Part shown: positions 9,310 to 19,702 of the stretch, in pieces | How the letters are laid out: each line of letters starts with the position of its first letter | How positions within the stretch are numbered: position 1 is the first letter of the stretch | Origin: an uncultured Candidatus Saccharibacteria bacterium | GTDB lineage: Bacteria; Patescibacteriota; Dojkabacteria; SC72 | Assembly: GCA_964480345.1 (NCBI GenBank) | Contig: CAYZNW010000005.1 | Coordinates: 9,980 to 64,072 of the forward strand | Direction: 5' to 3' | Length of the DNA stretch: 54,093 nt | Notes under the pieces: generated by a model | The model's input: the letters and a program-made list of their open reading frames with translations, nothing else | The model's database searches: none | What the model was told of the DNA's origin: nothing | Made by a program: the position numbers and the translations under genes

Positions 9310-10629
9310 ATGCAAGGGAAAATCCCTCCTCAAAATATAGAAGTAGAACAATCACTTCTAGGTTGTATGTTGATGGACAAGGATTCAATTATTACTGTTT
9401 CTGCATGGCTTCTTCCTACCCATTTCTATGATGATAGACATGTCATTATTTACTCCGCTATTCTTGATCTTTTTAATAACGGTCTTCCTGTTGATTTAGT
9501 AACTATAGTAGATAAGTTAAAGAAGCAGAAGAAGCTCACTAATGCAGGAGGAGCTACATATCTAGCAGATTTAGTAAGTACAGTAGCAACGTCAGCTCAT
9601 GTTGAAGAGTACGGTGAGATTGTTAAAGAGAGTGCTGTAAGAAGAGGTTTGATTTCGGCAGCTAGAGAGATTACTGAGCTTGCATTCAATGAAAATACTC
9701 CAATAGATAGAGTGATTGATAAGTCAGAGAAAGAGATTTTTGATGTTGCACAAACAGGCACGAAAAGTAATTTTATCCATATCAAAGATCTTTTACGAGA
9801 TGCATACGAGAGAGCGGAAAGAGCAGATAGTGATGAAGCATATTTAGGAATATCTACTGGATTTAAAGATTTAGATGATTTACTTGGAGGCTTCCAGAAA
9901 TCAGATTTAATAATTTTGGCAGCTAGACCATCTGTTGGAAAAACTTCATTAGCTCTAGATATGATGAGACATGCAGGATTACAAGAAAAAAAGACAGTAG
10001 CATTTTTCTCTTTGGAAATGTCTAAGACACAAATTATGGATAGATTGCTTGGTATGCAGTCAAATATTCCATTTTGGGAAATTCGAACAGGTAGATTAAG
10101 TGATAAAAAGTTTATGAAGCTTGCAGACACAATGGGAGAGCTTGCAGATGCCAATATCTATATAGATGATCAAGCGGGTCAACATATCAATGCAATTCGA
10201 ACAAAAGCACGAAGATTAGCTATGGAAGGGAATTTAGATATTATTTTTGTAGACTACCTACAGCTAATGCATGGTAGTAATACAGAGAGTAGGACATTAG
10301 AAGTAGGAGAGATATCTCAAGGTTTGAAGAATATAGCTAAGGAGTTAGAAGTACCTGTCGTGGCTCTCTCACAGCTATCTAGAGCCATAGAACAACGACA
10401 GGGTAGAAGACCTCAGCTTTCAGATTTAAGAGAGTCTGGTTCGATTGAACAGGATGCTGATGTTGTTATGTTCATAGATAGAGAAGAGACATGGAATCCT
10501 GATACTGAGGAGAAGGGTGTTGGTGAGTTAATAGTTGCAAAGCATAGAAACGGACCTACAGGTGTTGTTAAGCTTGCCTTTATAAACGAAATAGCGAGCT
10601 TTAGAAATTTGTATAAGAAAACAAAGTAG
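9310..10629 (+). CDS. dnaB: Replicative DNA helicase DnaB
   Basis: PPQNIEVEQSLLG, AARPSVGKT, FSLEMS, VDYLQL, LSQLSR, LRESGSIEQDADVV, KHRNGPTG; no intein seen. Confidence 0.98.
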   Translation: MQGKIPPQNIEVEQSLLGCMLMDKDSIITVSAWLLPTHFYDDRHVIIYSAILDLFNNGLPVDLVTIVDKLKKQKKLTNAGGATYLADLVSTVATSAHVEEYGEIVKESAVRRGLISAAREITELAFNENTPIDRVIDKSEKEIFDVAQTGTKSNFIHIKDLLRDAYERAERADSDEAYLGISTGFKDLDDLLGGFQKSDLIILAARPSVGKTSLALDMMRHAGLQEKKTVAFFSLEMSKTQIMDRLLGMQSNIPFWEIRTGRLSDKKFMKLADTMGELADANIYIDDQAGQHINAIRTKARRLAMEGNLDIIFVDYLQLMHGSNTESRTLEVGEISQGLKNIAKELEVPVVALSQLSRAIEQRQGRRPQLSDLRESGSIEQDADVVMFIDREETWNPDTEEKGVGELIVAKHRNGPTGVVKLAFINEIASFRNLYKKTK

Positions 10630-10635
10630 AGATTT

Positions 10636-10664
10636 TTGACATTGTATTTGAAATATGGCAGACT
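10636..10664 (+). promoter_or_regulatory. Candidate sigma70 promoter
   Basis: TTGACA at 10636-10641, 17-nt spacer, then CAGACT preceded by TGn; upstream of a small ORF and the ferredoxin cluster. Confidence 0.35.
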
Positions 10665-10704
10665 GATTCTCGGTTACTCAAAATATATTTAGAAATTTAA
10701 TGAT

Positions 10705-10818
10705 ATGAAGAAAAATGTAGATAAAAGTAGTGGTGAGGGAAAGAGTACAGCTCTTTATGTATTTCTGTATTTACTTGTTCTAATATTTCCTATAATCGTT
10801 TCTGTTATTAAGGGTTAA
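10705..10818 (+). CDS. Putative 37-aa single-pass membrane protein (absent from the ORF track)
   Basis: Hand-translated ATG..TAA: MKKNVDKSSGEGKSTALYVFLYLLVLIFPIIVSVIKG; polar N-terminus plus one hydrophobic helix. Confidence 0.5.
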   Translation: MKKNVDKSSGEGKSTALYVFLYLLVLIFPIIVSVIKG

Positions 10819-10851
10819 TTGTAGATATATAATATAAATTACAATTATTCT

Positions 10852-11046
10852 ATGAAAGCAAAAATAGATTCAAATAAATGTATTATGTGTGGATCGTGTG
10901 TAGCTATTTGTCCTGAGGTGTTTGAAATGGGTGATGATGGTAAGGTAAAAGTAAAAGGTGATGGTACAGTTCCTCAAGAAGCTCAGGAGAAAGCAAAAGA
11001 AGCTAAGTCATCTTGCCCAGCTATGGCAATCGAAATAGAGGAGTAA
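10852..11046 (+). CDS. Single-cluster ferredoxin
   Basis: CIMCGSCVAICPEVF...SCPAMAI. Confidence 0.93.
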   Translation: MKAKIDSNKCIMCGSCVAICPEVFEMGDDGKVKVKGDGTVPQEAQEKAKEAKSSCPAMAIEIEE

Positions 11047-11047
11047 A

Positions 11048-11638
11048 ATGTCTCACAAAGAAAAGATCTGTTGTATAAAAGAAGATATACTTTTCTCTGA
11101 AGGTAAATGGAATGGTTTGAAAAGGGATAATCTGTCTAAATATATTTCCCTGATAAATGAGAATATGGAATTTCATCCTAGAGATGAGTTAGAGGAGAAT
11201 TTTGAATATAAGCAAATAATTGCTCAGGTAATTTTGAAATATAAAGATAGATATTTTTTACATAAGCAGGTAGCTAGAACAGAGCAGAGGTTAAATTCAC
11301 TCTGTCCACTTCCTGTAGGTGGTCATATAGAGGAGTATGATAATACTGGAGCAGGTAATACTATCGAAAATGCTCTTGTTAGAGAGATGAATGAGGAGGT
11401 CTCTTTTGATGGTAATATCATTAAGAAAGATTTTGTGGGTCTAATATATATAGAGGATGATAATCCTGTAAATAGAGTTCATGTTGGTTTTGTATATATA
11501 TTTGAGCTAGATTCAGACAATGTTCATACTAAGGAGGAAGGCTTGGAGGATATAGGTTTCGTTGATGTTGACTATCTTAAGGAAAATATTAATAATCTTA
11601 CTTACTGGTCTCGTGAAATAATTTCATATCTTAAGTAA
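11048..11638 (+). CDS. NUDIX hydrolase (YmaB-like predicted phosphoesterase)
   Basis: GGHIEE...ALVREMNEEV Nudix box; VHVGFVY. Confidence 0.85.
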   Translation: MSHKEKICCIKEDILFSEGKWNGLKRDNLSKYISLINENMEFHPRDELEENFEYKQIIAQVILKYKDRYFLHKQVARTEQRLNSLCPLPVGGHIEEYDNTGAGNTIENALVREMNEEVSFDGNIIKKDFVGLIYIEDDNPVNRVHVGFVYIFELDSDNVHTKEEGLEDIGFVDVDYLKENINNLTYWSREIISYLK

Positions 11639-11639
11639 C

Positions 11640-12050
11640 ATGGACGACTGCATATTTTGTCAAATAGTTTCTGGAGAGAAGAATTGTCATAAGGTTTATG
11701 AGGATGATGATGTGTGTGCTTTTTTAGATGCAAATCCTTTGAGTAAAGGGCATACATTGGTAGTTCCTAAGAAGCATTATGAAAACATTTTTGATATACC
11801 TGATGATTTACTATGTAAAGTACACTCTGTTGCTAAGAAGATTGCTATGATACTCGAAGAGAGATTTAAAGTAGAGGGTGTAGTTATTCTTCAAAATAAT
11901 GGTAGGAAAGCAGATCAATCAGTATTTCATTATCATGTGCATGTAAAGCCAGTATATGACAATACAATCGTTTTATCTGATTCGGTTCATAGAAGTGTGC
12001 AAACAGAGGATGAAATGAAAGAGATTGCTGAAATGATTAAGCAGGCGTAG
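11640..12050 (+). CDS. HIT family hydrolase
   Basis: DDCIFCQI, GHTLVVPKKH, QSVFHYHVHV histidine triad. Confidence 0.95.
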   Translation: MDDCIFCQIVSGEKNCHKVYEDDDVCAFLDANPLSKGHTLVVPKKHYENIFDIPDDLLCKVHSVAKKIAMILEERFKVEGVVILQNNGRKADQSVFHYHVHVKPVYDNTIVLSDSVHRSVQTEDEMKEIAEMIKQA

Positions 12051-12126
12051 TTATCTGTTTCAGTTTTACGAACCATACTGTTTAGTATATAATTCACATC
12101 TAATATAAATTTACTTTTAAGAATAT

Positions 12127-12909
12127 ATGGAGAAAGATAAGAAAGAAGTTACTATCAATCTGGACACATTAGGTGTTCCTATAGCTATTATCATAGCTGC
12201 TTTAATTATCGCAGGTGTTGTTTATCTTACAAACACAAAGAGAAATAATGTAGATGATGCTAATAAGAAAACAACAAGCAGTGCTACACAAGATGGGACT
12301 GGTAGTACAGATACTGCAGATAGTGCTACTGCTAATAATGATACTACTACTAAGGAAGTTAAAGCATCTTTGGGTAATGATCCTTTTGTAGGAAATAAGA
12401 GTACAGCAAAGGTAGCTATTGTAGAGTACAGTGATCCTACTTGCTCTTACTGTAAGAGGCACTCTGATGAGACATATCCTGATATCAAAAAGAATTATAT
12501 AGATACAGGTAAAGCAGTTTATGTGTTTAAGGAGTGGCCAAGAGGCAATAATGGATCTTTGACATATGAGATATCTGAGGGAGGTATGTGTGTGTTTGAT
12601 CAGAAGGGTTCTGAGGTTTTTGTAGAGTATCATAAAGGAGCATTTAATGTTTCTGATATCGCAGGGATTAAAACTCTTGCAACAAAATTAGGAGTTAATG
12701 TAGATGCTTTTGATAAGTGTATGTCAGATGGTAAGTTTGTTGATGATTTGAAGAGTGATCAAGAGGAGGGTAATCTAGCAGGTATTTCTGGTACTCCTGG
12801 ATTTGTAGTTGGTAAGTTAGATGCGGATGGTAATGTAACTGGTGAACTTATAGCTGGTGCATTTCCATACAGTAAATTCGAGAGTGTCATAGAAGCATAT
12901 CTTAAGTAA
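12127..12909 (+). CDS. Membrane-anchored DsbA-family thiol-disulfide oxidoreductase
   Basis: N-terminal TM; EYSDPTCSYC; GISGTPGF (cis-Pro loop); GAFPY. Confidence 0.9.
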   Translation: MEKDKKEVTINLDTLGVPIAIIIAALIIAGVVYLTNTKRNNVDDANKKTTSSATQDGTGSTDTADSATANNDTTTKEVKASLGNDPFVGNKSTAKVAIVEYSDPTCSYCKRHSDETYPDIKKNYIDTGKAVYVFKEWPRGNNGSLTYEISEGGMCVFDQKGSEVFVEYHKGAFNVSDIAGIKTLATKLGVNVDAFDKCMSDGKFVDDLKSDQEEGNLAGISGTPGFVVGKLDADGNVTGELIAGAFPYSKFESVIEAYLK

Positions 12910-12935
12910 TTCAGATTATTTATAGGTATTTGAAA

Positions 12936-12956
12936 AAGGGGAGCATAGCTCCCCTT
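12936..12956. terminator. Likely bidirectional intrinsic terminator
   Basis: Hairpin aaggggagc-ata-gctcccctt, flanked by A and T runs, between convergent genes. Confidence 0.8.
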
Positions 12957-12983
12957 CTTTTTATCATAGTAATATGAGATGTA

Positions 12984-14189
12984 TTACTTACTCTTCTTTA
13001 CTTTGACTGTCTTCTTAGTAGTAACAGTTTTAGTTACAGTAGGAATACTCTTCCTGTTTTTTGCTATGACAAAGAAATCTTTCTTCATTCTAATAATTGC
13101 TCCTAGCGAGACAAAGACTAGAATTAGGTTGTAGAAAGTTCTGACATATGGAATCAAGTTCATGAATACTGAGAGAACTCTACCAACTAAAAGTGATTTG
13201 TATGGTCTATACTCTTTCATACCGAATAGCTCTAATATCTCTTTACCAAAGGCTAATTCTACCCATATTCTACCGAAGAACAGTATGAACATTAAGAAAG
13301 TAAATATTATGCCTGCTATTGGTGCTCCTATTATTGAGATGAGCAAGACAAATAGTGGGAAAGGAATTACTAAGAATACTCCAAGTCCTATTAGTAAGCT
13401 TTTGATGAATTCTGTTGGAGTATCTGTAATTTTCTTTCTAATCTGTATTGTTTTAACAGGAGTTAACCATATTAAGAAAGCACCTGTGATTAACATTGTA
13501 ACAAAGCTTATTAGCATACCTAATCCTCTTACTCCCCAATACTCTTTTGAAAGTAGTGATGGTGCTTTTATTTCCCCTTCCTTATCTAAGTCTACACCCT
13601 GACTTTTAGCTATGGATTTAATTGTACTGTCATAGTAGATATCTCTAGATATCTTCTCTTCATCAACTATGTTTTTTTCAGAGAACAGTAACAGATCTCC
13701 TCTAATTATGGAATTGATTGTAGATGACATACTAAATGCTCTTAAATCATCCCCAATTGATCCTTTAAATGAGTTTTGGTTTGTAAATGAAGATACATCT
13801 TTACTTGCCTGTCCTAGGAATGTTAAATGGTTTCCAAAGACATACACATTGTTGTTAAGTACTCCATCTACTGTGATGTTATTACCTGCTAAAAATGTAT
13901 TACCGTAGATTATTGAGTTAGTGGAGAGTTGGTTACCTGCTAGGTATATATCTCCTGTAACAGTTCCATTAATTTTAATGTTTTCTGCTGCTACTATGAG
14001 GTCTCCATCTACGACTCCATTTATCTCAGCTGATTCTCCAAAGATATATACATCATCTTTAACAGTTTCTCCCTGTTCTAATGTATATGATTTGAAGTGA
14101 AATTCTGCCGCTTCTATTCTTTCATTTGGAATGAGTAGTAAGGCAGAGAGAGTTACTAAAACTCCGAGAAGAAATTTAGGTATCTTCAT
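12984..14189 (-). CDS. Bactofilin-like beta-helical repeat protein with C-terminal multi-pass membrane domain
   Basis: Signal peptide; repeats INGVVDGDL, INGTVTGDI, VDGVLNNNV, IGDDL; several TM helices. Confidence 0.75.
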   Translation of the reverse strand: MKIPKFLLGVLVTLSALLLIPNERIEAAEFHFKSYTLEQGETVKDDVYIFGESAEINGVVDGDLIVAAENIKINGTVTGDIYLAGNQLSTNSIIYGNTFLAGNNITVDGVLNNNVYVFGNHLTFLGQASKDVSSFTNQNSFKGSIGDDLRAFSMSSTINSIIRGDLLLFSEKNIVDEEKISRDIYYDSTIKSIAKSQGVDLDKEGEIKAPSLLSKEYWGVRGLGMLISFVTMLITGAFLIWLTPVKTIQIRKKITDTPTEFIKSLLIGLGVFLVIPFPLFVLLISIIGAPIAGIIFTFLMFILFFGRIWVELAFGKEILELFGMKEYRPYKSLLVGRVLSVFMNLIPYVRTFYNLILVFVSLGAIIRMKKDFFVIAKNRKSIPTVTKTVTTKKTVKVKKSK

Positions 14190-14341
14190 ACTATATAAAT
14201 ATATTAAATTACATATATATACATAGTAACATACTCCTTATGGTTACGGAAGAGTGAAATATTGAGAGTAATATTATATATAATGGGTTAATTAAATAGT
14301 TATTGATGATGGGTTTGCTAATTTAAAATATTATCAATATA

Positions 14342-15115
14342 ATGAACGAGATGTTTAACTATATGGAGTTGCTTTGGCAATTCATTACAACTGATTTTAA
14401 ACTAAGATACAAGAATTCCTACTTGGGTATTGTATGGATTGTACTTAAACCGTTGGCTATGTTTGGGGTAATATATTTGATTTGGTCAAATATATTTAAG
14501 ATGGATGCTGATTACAAGATGGGTTTGCTTCTGGGTATTATCATAATGAATATGTTTAATGAAGCAGTTATGATGGGTCTTACTTCTTTGATGAGTAAGG
14601 CAGGGATTATATTGAAGATTAAGTTTCCTAGAGAGGTTGTGGTGTATAGTTCGGTTACAATATCGTTGATAGATCTGTTTTTTAATATGATAGTGTTTGT
14701 TATTTTCTCTATTTTTACTCCCGTTCATACATCCTTGGTAGGGTTGTTGTTGTTTATGTTCTGTATTCTTACTTTGTTTGTATTAATAGTTGGTATTAGT
14801 TTGTTTACGAGTGTTATATATATTAAGTTGAGGGATATTCATAATCTTACTATGGTTCTTCTTCAGTTAGTGTTTTGGATGACACCTATTTACTATCAAT
14901 TGAGTATGTTGCCAATTAAATTACAGAATATTGTTAGGTTGAATCCTTTAACAACTATAGTAGTTTATGCGAGGAAGGGGTTAATTAATGGTCCTGATGT
15001 TAGGGTTGAGGATTTTGCTCAAACAGGGGTTATTTTCTTAGTTTCTTTGGTTGTGTTTATTTTAGGATTTATGTTTTTTAGAAAGAGGGTATCTAAACTA
15101 GCTGAATTTTTCTAA
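14342..15115 (+). CDS. wzm: Polysaccharide ABC exporter permease
   Basis: DFKLRYKNSYLGIVW..LKPL, LRDIHNL, WMTPIYY, LNPLT; six TM segments. Confidence 0.92.
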   Translation: MNEMFNYMELLWQFITTDFKLRYKNSYLGIVWIVLKPLAMFGVIYLIWSNIFKMDADYKMGLLLGIIIMNMFNEAVMMGLTSLMSKAGIILKIKFPREVVVYSSVTISLIDLFFNMIVFVIFSIFTPVHTSLVGLLLFMFCILTLFVLIVGISLFTSVIYIKLRDIHNLTMVLLQLVFWMTPIYYQLSMLPIKLQNIVRLNPLTTIVVYARKGLINGPDVRVEDFAQTGVIFLVSLVVFILGFMFFRKRVSKLAEFF

Positions 15116-15855
15116 TGGAATTAAATAAACCGATTGTAGAATTAAAGAATGTTAAGAAGTCATTTTTCTTGCCACATGAGAAGCATGATACTTTTATTGA
15201 GTATTTGTCTCATCCTGGTAGGATATTTAAGAGAGCAGGTGAGCAGTATGAGGTGTTGAAGGATATTGATATGAAGATCTATCCTGGTGAGTTTTTGGGT
15301 ATTATGGGTAGGAATGGTTCTGGTAAGTCTACATTGCTTAAGATTATGGCAGGGATTTATGAGCCTACTGGTGGTAAGGTGATTGTTAGGGGTAAGATGG
15401 TTCCTTTTTTGGAGTTAGGAGTTGGTTTTAATCCTGAGTTGTCTGGTAGGGAGAATGTGTATCTTAATGGTGTGATTCTTGGTATGAAGAAGAAGGATTT
15501 GGAGAGTAAGTATAAGGAGATTGTTAAGTTTGCTGAGTTGGAGAAGTTTATGGATGCTCCTTTGAAGAATTATTCTTCTGGTATGCAGGTTAGGTTAGCG
15601 TTTTCTATTGCTATTATGGCTGATGCTGATATTTATATTCTTGATGAGGTTTTAGCTGTAGGAGATGTTGCTTTTCAAGAGAAGTGTTTTAATGTATTTA
15701 GACAGTACAAGAAGGAAGGGAAGACAGTTATATTGGTGACACACTCACCTGGTTCAGTAAAAGAGTTTTGTGATAGAGCTTTGTTTTTGAAAGATGGAGT
15801 AGTACATGAATATGATACTATTAAAGAAGTTATTGATGCCTATATTAAAGGATAA
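15115..15855 (+). CDS. wzt: Polysaccharide ABC exporter ATPase, without a C-terminal carbohydrate-binding domain
   Basis: GRNGSGKST, LELGVGFNPELSGREN, YSSGMQVRLAFS, ILDEVLAVGD; 246 aa. Confidence 0.95.
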   Translation: MELNKPIVELKNVKKSFFLPHEKHDTFIEYLSHPGRIFKRAGEQYEVLKDIDMKIYPGEFLGIMGRNGSGKSTLLKIMAGIYEPTGGKVIVRGKMVPFLELGVGFNPELSGRENVYLNGVILGMKKKDLESKYKEIVKFAELEKFMDAPLKNYSSGMQVRLAFSIAIMADADIYILDEVLAVGDVAFQEKCFNVFRQYKKEGKTVILVTHSPGSVKEFCDRALFLKDGVVHEYDTIKEVIDAYIKG

Positions 15856-15871
15856 GAATAATTTTAGATAA

Positions 15872-17446
15872 GTGTATTATCGGATTATTATGATAGGATT
15901 GATCATGTTTGACTTGAAAAACATAGTAGATTTTATAAAGAAATCAAAGCTTTCTATTATTATAATTGTATTCTTTATATTATTAACCTTTGGACAAAGG
16001 CTTTTAAGTAACAGTATTTCTATGGATACTGAGTATTATATTCGTAGTTATCAAACGACTTACAATGCATTCTTATCTTTAGGTCGACCGTCATTATTGG
16101 GGATAAATGAAATATTTGGATTTTCTAAGTTAATACCTTTTGTTAGTGTATTCTTAACTCTAATATTAATGCTTGTATATTCTATACTTATTAATTACCT
16201 CTTCTACATTAGTATGAAAGGAAAATATAAAAAAGTTTTCCTTAAGTACCAATTTATTTTACCAATAATTTTTATTAGTAGTCCTATATTTGCGGAACAG
16301 TACAATTTTATATTCCAAAGTGTGGGTGTTGCATTAGGAATTACTTTAGTACCTGTATCATTATTATTAGTAGATTATGCTCTTAAAGCAGAAAAACGCT
16401 TAAATAGAGTGATTTATTCAGTTTCTGCTATTTTACTTGCTGCTTTTGCTTTTGGGACATATCAATCTGTTATCTTTCTTTATATACTGATTGTTGTATC
16501 TGTTTACTTTATTAAAACTTATTTCTCAAGAAAAAACTATTTTGAATATCTTTTCATAAGTATTACAACATTTATATTCTCCTTTGCTTTTTATTTCCTT
16601 ATTAGTAATACTCTTAAAACAGAAGATAATTATCTTCAATACTGTTGGTTGAAACAAGGCTTGGATGTTTGTACTAAGAATATCTCTTATGTAATTACAG
16701 AAATGGTCACTTGTAATTGGATATTTTATAATACCTCGTACTTAATAGCACTTCTCCTTCTAGTTATTTTGGTGATTTATAAACTCTTTAGGAGAAATTT
16801 TAGTTTTGGTTTCTTAATTAGTAGTATAGGTTTACTTCTAGGCCCATTATATATAATGCTTATTACAGGTGTAGATCAACTTTATAGAACCCAATTTAAT
16901 TATCCGTTCTTTATAGGTTTTGTATTTTTGATGTTTGTTACAAGTATAAGCTCATATGAAAAAAAAGTCGTGAAGATTGTTTTATCTACCCTAATAACCT
17001 GTGTTGCTTTGTTTATAGGGTATAAGCAAGCATATATGTCAGCAGAACTGTTTTACTCTGATACAGTTCGATATCAAGGAGATATCACTGTAGCGAATAA
17101 AATTCAGAGCTCAATAGAATCCAAAGATTGGTATAATAACAATGAATCTTATGTATTGGTTCTTCTAGGAAATTATAGAGTTAAGCCTATTAACTTTATG
17201 TTGTATGGTGAAGTAATGGGACATTCTTTCTTTGAATTTGATTATCCATATTGGTATGGGCCAAGTAGAAGAGCTAATACTTTTATGAGGACACTTGGTT
17301 ATTATTATAAATACCCAAGAGAATCAGAATTTCAAGAAGCTAAAGAGTTTGTAGTTGAAAATAACATACCTTCTTTTCCTTCAAAGGACAGTATAAACAA
17401 ACTTGGGAATATGATAGTAGTTAAGCTATCTGATCAATTAGATTAA
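15872..17446 (+). CDS. GtrII-like (Glucos_trans_II) GT-C membrane glycosyltransferase
   Basis: SMDTE..LGRP, FAEQYNF, GTYQS; many TM helices; soluble C-terminal domain with GHSFF. Start may be a downstream ATG. Confidence 0.7.
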   Translation: MYYRIIMIGLIMFDLKNIVDFIKKSKLSIIIIVFFILLTFGQRLLSNSISMDTEYYIRSYQTTYNAFLSLGRPSLLGINEIFGFSKLIPFVSVFLTLILMLVYSILINYLFYISMKGKYKKVFLKYQFILPIIFISSPIFAEQYNFIFQSVGVALGITLVPVSLLLVDYALKAEKRLNRVIYSVSAILLAAFAFGTYQSVIFLYILIVVSVYFIKTYFSRKNYFEYLFISITTFIFSFAFYFLISNTLKTEDNYLQYCWLKQGLDVCTKNISYVITEMVTCNWIFYNTSYLIALLLLVILVIYKLFRRNFSFGFLISSIGLLLGPLYIMLITGVDQLYRTQFNYPFFIGFVFLMFVTSISSYEKKVVKIVLSTLITCVALFIGYKQAYMSAELFYSDTVRYQGDITVANKIQSSIESKDWYNNNESYVLVLLGNYRVKPINFMLYGEVMGHSFFEFDYPYWYGPSRRANTFMRTLGYYYKYPRESEFQEAKEFVVENNIPSFPSKDSINKLGNMIVVKLSDQLD

Positions 17447-18162
17447 TATTTACTCTTAGGAGTTTTAGCGACTACTGCAAAAAGGCTGAGTCCAGTGCTG
17501 AAAGGACTCAGAAATTTACATATCTTGTAGTCAATATTTAATATCGTCCTGACAATTTTTGTAAAGATATGCTTTTCATCATATCTCCAAGAGCTTAATT
17601 TGCTATCTCTGTTATACATTAATAAACGGATTGGTAAAAGTGAGAAATAAAAGTAATGATAATCAGTAACAGACAATCCACTTTCTTTACATATCTTTTT
17701 AATCTCTTTGATGTTATATCGTCTATGATGTTTTAATTCTATATCGTGTTTAGAAAAAAGTATCTGGTGTGCTGGGACAGTTAATATGATTCTACTATCT
17801 TTGCTTTTGAGAAATGGTTTTACATCTTCTTTTAGAAATAAGGTGTCATTTTCAGTGTGTTCTAAAACATCTAACAAAAGTATAGTATCAAATTTCTGTT
17901 TATTTAATTTCTTGTAGTTATTAACCCAGTGGCAAATACCTTCAGAACTATCATTTTTAGCATGTATGTCTATCCCCCATAATTGAGTGATTTTATTAAA
18001 CTTTTGTACTAACTGCCTATCAAAATATAAATCACCACAGCCTATATCTAAAAGATTCCCTTGTTTATGGATTTTTTTTATTTCGTATATGACAGAATCA
18101 CTTCTTGATAGTTCCCAAGGATGTCGGTGTTTTGCATCGTCAGATAATTCTATTAAATCCAT
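17443..18162 (-). CDS. Class I SAM-dependent methyltransferase
   Basis: RHPWE, LLDIGCGD, LLDVLEH, LTVPA..FS.HD..L.H.RRY. Confidence 0.88.
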   Translation of the reverse strand: MDLIELSDDAKHRHPWELSRSDSVIYEIKKIHKQGNLLDIGCGDLYFDRQLVQKFNKITQLWGIDIHAKNDSSEGICHWVNNYKKLNKQKFDTILLLDVLEHTENDTLFLKEDVKPFLKSKDSRIILTVPAHQILFSKHDIELKHHRRYNIKEIKKICKESGLSVTDYHYFYFSLLPIRLLMYNRDSKLSSWRYDEKHIFTKIVRTILNIDYKICKFLSPFSTGLSLFAVVAKTPKSKY

Positions 18163-18230
18163 TTATTTCATTAAAAAATTTAAGTTGAATTTTTAGTATA
18201 AGCGTATTCAAAAATAAGTTCTAGTAGAAA

Positions 18231-19700
18231 TTAACTAAAAAGATATTTCTCTCTTTTTATTAAATATTTATCTACTTTTGATCTCTCTGCTAAGAAATCA
18301 TATTTCTCAGGGAAATTATTAGTATAATATTTTTTTACTTTCTTCTTCTTAATCATCTCTTCTAATAGGTCGATAGAGTGATTCCAATTCCATTCTTTTG
18401 CAGTTTTATATCCATTTTCGATTAGTTTCTTCTTTAACTTTTCATCCTCTATTATTTTTTGAATTGCTTTCTTCACTCCGTCAATATCTCCTTCATTAAC
18501 AACCATTCCATTCTCTTTATGTTGTATATATTCATCATAACCTGACACCTTATTTACTACAGATATACATCCACAGGCCATTCCTTCCATAGGCGAGCCA
18601 AAAAAGCCCTCTACCTTACTCATTTTCACTAAGATATCACATGAAGAGTAAAGATTTTTCATATTTACAAATGGTACTTTTTCAAAGAACCTATCATACT
18701 TCCAATGTTTTGGTGGTTTACCCCACGAACTAATAATCCATTTCTCACAATCTAAATCTTTTATTGCTTCGTATCCTTCTTCTACACCTTTTAACCAATA
18801 ATTAATTTGTCCTTCTAACAGTACTCGAGGTCTATCAGTCTTAGGCTCTACAGGATCTGTTTTATAAAAGACGTTAAGATCTAAACCATTAGGGACATAA
18901 TATGCCTCTTTTCCAAACTCTTCTTTAAGCCATCTTTGTATCCATATCGCTTCTGTCATAAACTCCATATCCATACTGTATGTTTCTGCAATATATGAAA
19001 TAAGATTCTCTTTGTGCTTTTTTTCTAATATAAATCTTCTTTCATCAGATTGTACAAAATATACTTTTCTTTTTGCTTGTGCGAGAGAGACATAAGGAGC
19101 CGTACTCCAATGAGTCGCTACCATAATCTCTGCTTTATTTAGAAAATCTTCGGGATAATCTGAAAGATAAAGTACTGGAACATCAACTTTCAACCATGGT
19201 GAGGTAGTATATGGTCCAAACGTTAAAATACCAACATCATACCCTCTCTTTTTTAATTCATTACAATGTCTGACAATAATCTGCATACCACCTGATATAG
19301 CTAAAGCATTAACGACATATAAAATTCTAGGTACTTTCTTTTCAAGTACTTTCTGTTTAATCACTTCTTGCTTCTTAAATCTGGAAGAAATTTTCTCTTT
19401 TGCATATTTAAAAGATTTCTGTAAGAAACTCTTAAATGTTTCTCTTCTTATTTTAATTAGCAGAAGCTCCACAGCAGTTTTAGGATCTTCTATTGAGGCG
19501 ATTGGCAAGATAGTTGCTCTCTTATTTAGTAATTCTTCATAATATTTAAGATCATTATCTCTAACCGAGAGAAGCTGTTTCCTTCTTTCTAAATCTAACT
19601 CTAATGCCATTATCTTCTTATCTATCTGTCCTTTTGCAAAAATATTATCAATATTGATATCAAATTCTATTTGGAAATATTTTTTAAAATCTATTTTCAT
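18231..19700 (-). CDS. GT4 glycosyltransferase (WsaE/WsaF-like) with N-terminal coiled coil
   Basis: ISGGMQII, VATHWST, YFVQSDE, YVPNGLD, EGFFGSPMEGMACG. Confidence 0.88.
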   Translation of the reverse strand: MKIDFKKYFQIEFDINIDNIFAKGQIDKKIMALELDLERRKQLLSVRDNDLKYYEELLNKRATILPIASIEDPKTAVELLLIKIRRETFKSFLQKSFKYAKEKISSRFKKQEVIKQKVLEKKVPRILYVVNALAISGGMQIIVRHCNELKKRGYDVGILTFGPYTTSPWLKVDVPVLYLSDYPEDFLNKAEIMVATHWSTAPYVSLAQAKRKVYFVQSDERRFILEKKHKENLISYIAETYSMDMEFMTEAIWIQRWLKEEFGKEAYYVPNGLDLNVFYKTDPVEPKTDRPRVLLEGQINYWLKGVEEGYEAIKDLDCEKWIISSWGKPPKHWKYDRFFEKVPFVNMKNLYSSCDILVKMSKVEGFFGSPMEGMACGCISVVNKVSGYDEYIQHKENGMVVNEGDIDGVKKAIQKIIEDEKLKKKLIENGYKTAKEWNWNHSIDLLEEMIKKKKVKKYYTNNFPEKYDFLAERSKVDKYLIKREKYLFS

Positions 19701-19702
19701 AT

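Noticed and set aside
14227-14248. Weak gtaac...gttac hairpin upstream of wzm as a JUMPstart/ops element
   Set aside because: No GGCGGTAG ops core; the stem is short enough to arise by chance.
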